Shown here in pieces: positions 48,206 through 55,122 of a stretch of 64,000 nucleotides of DNA. The position numbers and the translations under genes were made by a program. The notes below the pieces were generated by a model that searched no databases, was not told the origin of the DNA, and worked only from the letters and a program-made list of their open reading frames with translations. Positions within the stretch are counted from its first letter, which is position 1. Each line of letters begins with the position of its first letter. This stretch comes from Candidatus Aenigmatarchaeota archaeon (GTDB taxonomy: Archaea; Aenigmatarchaeota; Aenigmatarchaeia; GW2011-AR5; JAHLMP01). Location: contig JAHLMP010000001.1 in the NCBI GenBank assembly GCA_018920315.1, positions 4,206 through 68,205 of the forward strand, read 5' to 3'.

Positions 48206-49438
48206 TTAACATCTCCTCTCCCTTAAATTGTTTCCATATTTTTTTCTATATTTATTTAAACATCCTCTAACTCCTTCTTCTGAAGGTAAAATATGAACTA
48301 CATGAGACGAAGATTCGTAAATCTCATCAACTTCTATATTTTCTCTTACAAATGCATAAGGATCTAAAACTTCTTCATCATGATCTAATAGATCATACTT
48401 TTCTATTAGCTCTACTACTCTCTTTATTTTTTCTTCCATTCTTTTTTCAGTATCTTTTTCTGGATTTTTCCTCACTAATAATTCTATTCCATCGTAGAGT
48501 GCTCCAATATATTGTTCGAAAACATTACGATGAATATCTAATCTTTCTTTCATCTCTTGAGATATTTTTCTTTTAGAATTATCATAAGTGAGATGATGCC
48601 ATGTTACTGCTCCACATGGCCTTATGTCTAGCGTTTCTTGTGCTTCCAATGCAAGATTAGGATATACGCATGCTATAACACCAAGCAATGCTGCACCTCT
48701 ATCCTCTGAGATAATTCTATCTACTTTAACAAGCTCCATTTTTCCGCGACTAGAGGAATTTAAAATATTTAGATATTCTTGCTTTAATTTTGCTCCATTT
48801 AAATCTACTATTCCTATAGCTCCGTATTTTATTTCATGTTTATTTAGATTTTTTACTATTGTAGAGAGAGACCTTCCTGAAATTACAGTATCAAGAAGTA
48901 GAAGATGATGGACTGGTTCGATATTTCTATAAAAGTTTGCCTCGTCTTGCCTTCCTTCAATCTCCTCAAAAAGAAAAGTGAGGAAGTTAAACTTCTCGTT
49001 TTTAGCTCTTTCTTTTGGATCTTGTAAAAATGTTGTGATTACATCTGCTCCGTAATTTCTTATAGAATCTGTTACATAATCTTCAGTTATTCCATATCTT
49101 CTTTTTGTTCTTTCTCGAAGACTTACATCTGCTGTTAGCGGATAAAGAATTACACTAATTCTTCTCGAGTTTCCGTTTTCTTTGTTTCTATTTTTATCAT
49201 TCATAAAATATGGTAATTGAATTGCATTGTATAATTTTTTATATTCTTTTTCCTCCCTTGCATACTCTTCTATTGCTTTTAATACACAACGAAATACGGG
49301 GCAACCACCTCTACTAGGAACTACTATACAATCTACTCCATCGTCATATGCCTCCTTTGTAGCTTCTGCTGTTTCTGCAGAAGCTAATGCAAGCGATAAG
49401 ATTTTTTCTTTCGTAAACTCGTCTCTTAACTTTGGCAT
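48206..49438 (-). CDS. orphan phosphoribosyltransferase-fold protein with long C-terminal extension (410 aa)
   Basis: N-terminal DCIVVPSRGGCPVF and a PRPP-loop-like HLLLLDTVISGRSLSTIV. A ~100-aa insertion separates them, and a ~170-aa C-terminal region is unassigned. Confidence 0.5.
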   Translation of the reverse strand: MPKLRDEFTKEKILSLALASAETAEATKEAYDDGVDCIVVPSRGGCPVFRCVLKAIEEYAREEKEYKKLYNAIQLPYFMNDKNRNKENGNSRRISVILYPLTADVSLRERTKRRYGITEDYVTDSIRNYGADVITTFLQDPKERAKNEKFNFLTFLFEEIEGRQDEANFYRNIEPVHHLLLLDTVISGRSLSTIVKNLNKHEIKYGAIGIVDLNGAKLKQEYLNILNSSSRGKMELVKVDRIISEDRGAALLGVIACVYPNLALEAQETLDIRPCGAVTWHHLTYDNSKRKISQEMKERLDIHRNVFEQYIGALYDGIELLVRKNPEKDTEKRMEEKIKRVVELIEKYDLLDHDEEVLDPYAFVRENIEVDEIYESSSHVVHILPSEEGVRGCLNKYRKKYGNNLRERRC

Positions 49439-49540
49439 ACTTTATTTTTTGTTTTTAAAGTTTAAATATTTTTATATCACTTTAAAGTAGCTACATAATT
49501 CTTATTCTCATGAAACCTCACAAATGATGTGAGAGTTACT

Positions 49541-49696
49541 TTAAAATATATTTTTTATAAAATATATTTTTTGTATAATATAAGATGAAATATATTTTAA
49601 AAAATATCTTTTATAAAAAATTTTATAACAAAAATTTATTATAGAAAATATATCATATTATATTTTTTATAAAAAATATTCCAAAATATATAATTT
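49541..49696. repeat. near-pure A/T block with repeated palindromic AAATATATTT motifs (left block)
   Basis: At least three copies of (a)aaatatatttt(tt) plus ttttataaaa variants. Segment 49559-49607 is similar to 51021-51054. Confidence 0.7.
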
Positions 49697-50167
49697 TTAT
49701 TCTCCTCCCTTTTCCTTTCTAACAAACTCTAACATAAAAATATCATCAAAATCCTTTGCGATTCTTCTTGTAGAGCGGAGAAAAGAGAGAAGAGAAGATT
49801 CTACTCTATCTATTAGTCTATTAACAGTAGGAGCTGGTAGCAAATAACCTTTCATAAAGTTATTTCCCTTTTGCACCTTTACGAATTCAAGCAACCCAAG
49901 TGTTCGCCATTTTCTTATTTCCTCGTAGGCTTGAGAAACTGAAACACCTAAAATTTTAGATATTTCTTCTATTTGAATTGGAATTTCCTCCTTCTTAAAT
50001 TTAAGAAGCTCTATCAAAAGTTTTGCATGATCTGCTCTACTTGCCTTTCTTTTTAATCCTAATCTTGTAACTATTATTTCTGCGTACTCTTCTGGAGAAA
50101 TATCTTTTTTATAATCGGGTGGATTTATTGGTCTCAATAATATGTCAGAATACATCTTCTTGGCCAT
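49697..50167 (-). CDS. small winged-helix DNA-binding protein
   Basis: IQIEEISKILGVSVSQAYEEIRKWRTLGLLEFVKVQKG is an HTH plus wing. The track start at 50200 is TTG; ATG at 50167 (MAKKMYSD) is preferred. Confidence 0.6.
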   Translation of the reverse strand: MAKKMYSDILLRPINPPDYKKDISPEEYAEIIVTRLGLKRKASRADHAKLLIELLKFKKEEIPIQIEEISKILGVSVSQAYEEIRKWRTLGLLEFVKVQKGNNFMKGYLLPAPTVNRLIDRVESSLLSFLRSTRRIAKDFDDIFMLEFVRKEKGGE

Positions 50168-50583
50168 AATATCACGATTTTTTATACTAATTTTAACCAA
50201 ATTAGCTAGGTTTTTATTTTCATTTTTTTATTGGAGTGAGAGCTAAAAATTGGTATTTTTAATATCTTTAGCACGAAACCAAGATTTCTCAATAACTTAT
50301 TTTGTGCTTGAAATTTTTAAAATTTACGGGCAATACCAATAATTATGTATTTTAGTTGGAGTGTACGAATTTCTGAAAGTTTTTGTTTTTTTAATCAAAA
50401 AATTTTTAAGAATTTTATTGGAGTAGATGATTTTCAATTATTTTGCTTTTAGTTTTCGAAAAATTATCTCACTTGCTTGAATGCAGAGTTTTTTATTTAA
50501 TACGAAATTAGAGAATTTTCTAAAATTTAATTTTAGAAACAAAATAATTTGAAATTGCTCAAATTAAATAATTGAGTTCAAAT

Positions 50584-50640
50584 CCGTTTTCCTACAGTTT
50601 TATTTTCTATAACCGTCTTTCCTACAGTTATTTTCTATAA
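50584..50640. repeat. tandem direct repeat, 2 x ~29 nt
   Basis: ccgttttcctacagttttattttctataa (50584-50612) and ccgtctttcctacagttattttctataa (50613-50640). Confidence 0.85.
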
Positions 50641-50880
50641 ATTTCTACCTTTTCGATCTGCTTGTCAACTTATTCTCATGGATATATTCATATGTTTTAT
50701 TTTTCATGTGAAGGTTTAATTCAAATTTATTTTTCTAGTAGAATATGAGTAGTCGAGTAAATTCCGAGTAATGACAAAAATTCTTAAAAATATATCCAAA
50801 ACTCAAAAATGTTTATAATCCTTCTATTTTATGTGAGGGTTTAATTATACTACATGCTTCTTAAAATATTCACAAGCATT

Positions 50881-51180
50881 AGTTAAAAGAAATAAAAAGA
50901 ATAGTAAAAAATATAAAATAAAAATTATATATTTAAATAGATTTTTCTTACAAAATGTTTTATAAAGTATTTATTGTAAAAGATTTTATAAGAAATATTT
51001 TATGCAAATAATTTTTTACTAAATATATTTTGTATATAATATTTTAAAAAATATATTATGTAAAATATAATTGCTTTTAAATGTTTGTGAGACTTTAATT
51101 TAAATAGATATAAAAATATATATTTTATTAAATATATTTTTAAGTAGACAACAAAGAAATAAAATTAATAATAAAATTAA
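50881..51180. repeat. near-pure A/T block with repeated palindromic AAATATATTT motifs (right block)
   Basis: Copies near 51021, 51050, 51113 and 51132. Contains TGTGAG-motif copy 4. Confidence 0.7.
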
Positions 51181-51266
51181 AATGTGAGCAAAATCTTAGA
51201 AAATAATGAAAGCAAAATTCTAAAAGTGATTCATCTGTTAATAAGCTAGAGTACGCTTTTGTTTAT

Positions 51267-51290
51267 TGTGAGAGTTGAATTGAGAATTGG
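51267..51290 (+). promoter_or_regulatory. putative promoter (TGTGAGAG element plus TATA-like ttgaattgagaatt) for a leaderless small ORF
   Basis: The A/T-rich element starts ~25 nt upstream of ATG 51301. The same element recurs 5 more times in the region. Confidence 0.35.
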
Positions 51291-51300
51291 ATAAGAGAGA

Positions 51301-51498
51301 ATGGAAGTAAAAAAGAAAATGGAAAAAATGAAAGGTTAGAAAAGAGCTCTTTTAATCTTTTTGCTTCTAGTAGGCGTGGCATTAGTTGGATGTTTTGCGT
51401 TTTTTGAAATGCCAACCAGTGAAAATTACATCCTTGCTCCACACGCACCAAAACCTGGTGAATGTACAACGTTACCAGTTATTGTGCATGAGAGCTAA
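51301..51498 (+). pseudogene. 65-codon signal-anchor micro-protein ORF interrupted by an in-frame TAG at 51337-51339
   Basis: MEVKKKMEKMKG-TAG-KRALLIFLLLVGVALVGCFAFFEMPTSENYILAPHAPKPGECTTLPVIVHES-TAA. A basic n-region and a hydrophobic h-region lie in one frame across the stop. This is the most GC-rich patch of the region. Confidence 0.45.
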
Positions 51499-51723
51499 TT
51501 ATGAAACTAATACAGAAAGGTTACTGAATAAAAAAATTAAACGTCAAACAAAAAATTAAAATGAATATTAATTGAAGATTTGATTTTTATAATGTAGATA
51601 TTTTTGTGAGAGTTGATAAAATTTTAGATTATTCTTGAATTATATTGAATTCGCTATAAATAAGTTTAGAATTTAATAAGTGTGGATTTAGCTTTTTCAT
51701 TATGATGAGTATAGTTATGGATA

Positions 51724-52515
51724 ATGAAAAGAAAGAGAAAAGTGAAGAAGGAAAAACATTTTATTATTATAAAACTACATAATAAAATAATGAAAACTTT
51801 GGTGCCAATCTATTTTTTAGTATTTACAATCATACTTGCCACAATTTCTAAAGCCTTTCTTGTACATAGTGAGCAAAGTTATGTAAAAATTATTATTCCA
51901 GAAAATTCTAGTACAAAATACTTACTTTTTATAATAAATGATGAAATAGATGCGAAAGTAATAAATCTTAGTTGTCGTGGTGATTGTGAGATATTAACGC
52001 TTGGCTGGAATATAAAAGAAATTCCTCCATATTATTATTCTATTTTGCCCATAAATATTACTGTACCTTCTGGAATCGCTACATATTATTTCGAGATATG
52101 GGGTAATGAAAAGCCTTTATCAAAGATAATAGTAGAAACAACGCTTCCTCAAGCAACGATCTTAGATCTTATCTCAACTACACAAAAAATCAAAGAATTA
52201 GAAAAATTGGAAAATAGAATATATGAAATAGTTAATGAAAGCACCAAAGATATTATTGAAAGGATAAACGAAAGCTCAACAAAAACAAAAAAAGATATTG
52301 AAGAAGAGTTAAAAACAAAACTTGAGGAGATGAAAGAGAAGATAAAAAGCGAGATAGGCACTGGTTATGCAATAGCAAATACATCTGAAAAATCGATTCT
52401 CTTTATTTTTGGTTTAATTTGCGGGGCCTTGATAATTTATTTGATAGAATTGAAAAGAAATAGAAGCATGAAATCAATTAAACAAGCCCGTGAAGGGATT
52501 GCACTTGCAAAGTAA
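51724..52515 (+). CDS. hypothetical secreted protein with C-terminal membrane anchor
   Basis: The likely start is the internal Met at 51790 (MKTLVPIYFLVFTIILATISKAF signal). Coiled-coil E/K region and C-terminal TM SILFIFGLICGALIIYLI. Confidence 0.55.
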   Translation: MKRKRKVKKEKHFIIIKLHNKIMKTLVPIYFLVFTIILATISKAFLVHSEQSYVKIIIPENSSTKYLLFIINDEIDAKVINLSCRGDCEILTLGWNIKEIPPYYYSILPINITVPSGIATYYFEIWGNEKPLSKIIVETTLPQATILDLISTTQKIKELEKLENRIYEIVNESTKDIIERINESSTKTKKDIEEELKTKLEEMKEKIKSEIGTGYAIANTSEKSILFIFGLICGALIIYLIELKRNRSMKSIKQAREGIALAK

Positions 52516-52661
52516 TATTTGATGTTGCAAAGTAGATTTTATCATTTTATAAGCCTCTTCTTCAATAACATTACAATCTTCTTCTTTGGTTTTTGCAATC
52601 TTAAAATTTCAAAAATTGTTAATATGCTAACTATAAAAATCTTTGCTAAGAATAAAATGAT

Positions 52662-53945
52662 ATGCTTAGAACACATTACAGCAAAGATATTCCAAAAGTT
52701 GAAGGAAGTAAAGTAAAAGTAGCTGGATTTGTTGAAACTGTAAGAGAGGTTGGAAAGATCTGCTTCTTAATTTTGAGAGATAGATATGGAACTATACAAA
52801 TTACAACAAAGGAAAAGAATTTTATAAAAATGTTTAAAGATATTCCAAGAGAGTCTTTTATCGCTATAGAAGGAAATGTAACTCTTAATCAAGAAGCTAG
52901 AAACGGGTTTGAGATAATACCAACTAATGTAGAGATAATAACTAAAGCTGAAAAACCATTGCCAATTGATTTCTCAGGAAAGATTAAAACAACACTTGAG
53001 AAAAGAATTGATTGGAGATTCTTAGATATGAGAAACCCAAAGAACATGGCAATATTTCTTCTTCAAAGCGAGATCGTTGCTCTGCTTACAGAGTTTATGC
53101 ATAGGAACAATTTTGTTAGAATTTTCACTTCTCGTTTGACTGATGCTGCAACAGAAGGTGGAGCAGAATATTTTAAAGTATTATACTTTGATAAAACAGC
53201 TTACTTGGCGCAATCTCCGCAGCTATATAAAGAGGCTATTTTAGCAAGTGGTATTGATAGAGTTTATGATATAGGATTTGTTTATAGAGCAGAGCCTCAT
53301 CATACTCCAAGACATTTGTGCGAATACGCTTCCTTCGATATTGAAATGGTTTGCAAGAGCTTGGATGAAATATTAGATATGGAAGAGAATCTAATAAAGT
53401 TTATATTTTCTGAGCTAAACAAAAGATGTGAAGAGATATTAAAAATGTATAAAACTAAACTTGAAACTCCTGAAAAAATACCAAGAATAGAGTTTAAGAG
53501 AGCAAATAAAATATTAAAATCGTTAGGTATTGAGAGAGATCCTTATGATCTAACTTCAGAAGGTGAAAAAGCCCTTTGCAATTATTGTAAAGAAAAATAT
53601 GGCACAAGTCTTGCATTTGTTACAGAATTTCCTTTTAAGAAAAAGCCATTCTATTTGATGAAAAAGGATAATGAACTTTGCTATTCATTTGATCTATTAT
53701 TTAATGGTATGGAGATTACATCAGGCGGAGTAAGAGAACATAGATATGAAGAAAGAGTTAAAAATATAATTGAAAAAGGCCTTTCTCCTGAGCATTATGA
53801 TCACCTAAGATTTTGGAAGTATGGAATGCCTCCACACGGAGGATTTGCGATAGGTATAGAGAGATTAACACTACAGATATTAGGATTGGAAAATATAAGA
53901 GAAGTTACATTGCTTCCAAGAGATCCTGAAAGGTTGAAACCATAA
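52662..53945 (+). CDS. aspS: aspartyl-tRNA synthetase, archaeal type
   Basis: OB-fold N-domain (VKVAGFVETVREVGKICFLILRDRYGTIQI) and class II motifs FRAEPHHTPRHLCEYASFDIE, GGVREHR and PPHGGFAIGIERL. Confidence 0.92.
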   Translation: MLRTHYSKDIPKVEGSKVKVAGFVETVREVGKICFLILRDRYGTIQITTKEKNFIKMFKDIPRESFIAIEGNVTLNQEARNGFEIIPTNVEIITKAEKPLPIDFSGKIKTTLEKRIDWRFLDMRNPKNMAIFLLQSEIVALLTEFMHRNNFVRIFTSRLTDAATEGGAEYFKVLYFDKTAYLAQSPQLYKEAILASGIDRVYDIGFVYRAEPHHTPRHLCEYASFDIEMVCKSLDEILDMEENLIKFIFSELNKRCEEILKMYKTKLETPEKIPRIEFKRANKILKSLGIERDPYDLTSEGEKALCNYCKEKYGTSLAFVTEFPFKKKPFYLMKKDNELCYSFDLLFNGMEITSGGVREHRYEERVKNIIEKGLSPEHYDHLRFWKYGMPPHGGFAIGIERLTLQILGLENIREVTLLPRDPERLKP

Positions 53946-54228
53946 AATCATATCTCTACGAAATTCTGGCCAGATAGAGATTTGGGCGGGTAATTTAATA
54001 AGTCAGGCTTGTACTTTATGGAAGATCATTTCAATTAATAGCTTTCTAAGGGTTTTGAATTATTATTACGATTTCCTAAGAATTACTATTTCCTAAGATA
54101 ATGCAATAAAACTGAAAAATGTAAAAGGATAAAAATTTTAAGCTTTTCCTTAACTTAAATCCTTATTCGGACAGTAACTTTCATGAAAGGAAAAGAGTTA
54201 AAATAACTGTATTACAAATTTTATTTAT

Positions 54229-55104
54229 ATGCATAGAATAAGCAAAATAGAAGCAACACTTGGCGATATTGGAGTAAAATATCTTCCAAACTATTTCAAG
54301 CCCCTAGAAGAAATAATTAGGATTGCGAACATAGGAATATTATTTGAAAGATATGTAGGAAGAATGATCTTTATCTCTATTATAGCTTTTTTAACATCTT
54401 TTTTCACTATATCTTTAGGATTATTTTTTATACTTAAACTTCAAGCATTATATTCAATTATAGGAGGTTTTCTTATAGGTATTAGTTTAGCATCTCTTAT
54501 TATTACAATTTTTCATTCTTATCCATATCAAATACTTACACAAAAAAGAAATTCTATAGAGGCTAATCTACCTTTTGCCTTAATGCACATGTCGGCAATA
54601 GCTGCTAGCGGAGTTCCACCAACAACAATGTTTAAGCTTATCTCAGAAACAGAAGAGTATGGAAAGGTTTCTGAAGAAGCAAAAATGATAATGAGAAATA
54701 TAGAAACATTTGGAATGGATCCTAAAACAGCAATAAAACAAGTTGCAGATAGAACACCATCAGATAGCTTTCGCCATTTTTTATACTCTTTTATCTCGAC
54801 AATAGAGACTGGTGGTGATATGAGAAAATTCTTGGAAAATATTGCAAAAGAAGCAATAAATGATTATAGATTAAAAAGAGAAAAGTATCTGCAAGCTTTA
54901 GCTACGTATGCTGACATTTATACTGGAATACTTATAGCTGCTCCTTTATTTTTCATTTCAATATTATCTATTATAGGTATGCTTGGTGGCACAATCGCTG
55001 GACTAACAATTAGTGATGCGATGCGTTTAGGTATTTATGCGTTTGTTCCTTTATTAAATATAGTTTTCATATTATTCCTTCACCTAACACAACCTCAAGT
55101 ATAA
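54229..55104 (+). CDS. type IV pilus/archaellum assembly membrane protein, single T2SS-F domain (FlaJ/TadB-like, first half)
   Basis: TM pair, cytoplasmic helical domain (LPFALMHMSAIAASGVPPTTMFKLISE ... TIETGGDMRKFLENIAKE), then a C-terminal TM pair. Confidence 0.65.
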   Translation: MHRISKIEATLGDIGVKYLPNYFKPLEEIIRIANIGILFERYVGRMIFISIIAFLTSFFTISLGLFFILKLQALYSIIGGFLIGISLASLIITIFHSYPYQILTQKRNSIEANLPFALMHMSAIAASGVPPTTMFKLISETEEYGKVSEEAKMIMRNIETFGMDPKTAIKQVADRTPSDSFRHFLYSFISTIETGGDMRKFLENIAKEAINDYRLKREKYLQALATYADIYTGILIAAPLFFISILSIIGMLGGTIAGLTISDAMRLGIYAFVPLLNIVFILFLHLTQPQV

Positions 55105-55122
55105 AATAAAAAAGCGAGAGCC

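Noticed and set aside
50574-50600. T-arm-like string gagttcaaatccg suggesting another tRNA or tRNA fragment
   Set aside because: No complementary T stem, acceptor or anticodon arm can be drawn around it.
50584-50640. Reverse complement of the tandem repeat (taGGAAAGaCgG) resembling the RNase P RNA CR-I box (GAGGAAAGUCC)
   Set aside because: Only a 6-7 nt partial match, duplicated in tandem. There are no P4-forming partner sequences and no surrounding GC-rich structured region.
51337-51339. In-frame TAG as pyrrolysine or genome-wide stop-codon reassignment
   Set aside because: TAG terminates many well-supported genes in this window (for example those ending at 854, 7394, 20681, 25020, 30219, 36183 and 62932). 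No pyl genes are visible. A local nonsense mutation or readthrough is more parsimonious.
51697-51710. C-box-like AUGAUGA (51700-51706) suggesting a C/D box sRNA
   Set aside because: No D box (CUGA) or C'/D' arrangement lies within the expected 50-70 nt downstream.
49439-51723. Possible CRISPR array, given the many short repeats in a non-coding stretch
   Set aside because: Repeat copies are degenerate. Their spacing is irregular (62, 125, 182, 255, 338 and about 1180 nt). There is no uniform repeat-spacer periodicity, and no cas genes are in the window.
52519-52716. 65-aa ORF overlapping the aspS start
   Set aside because: Low-complexity Phe/Ile-rich product that overlaps a strongly supported gene in another frame.
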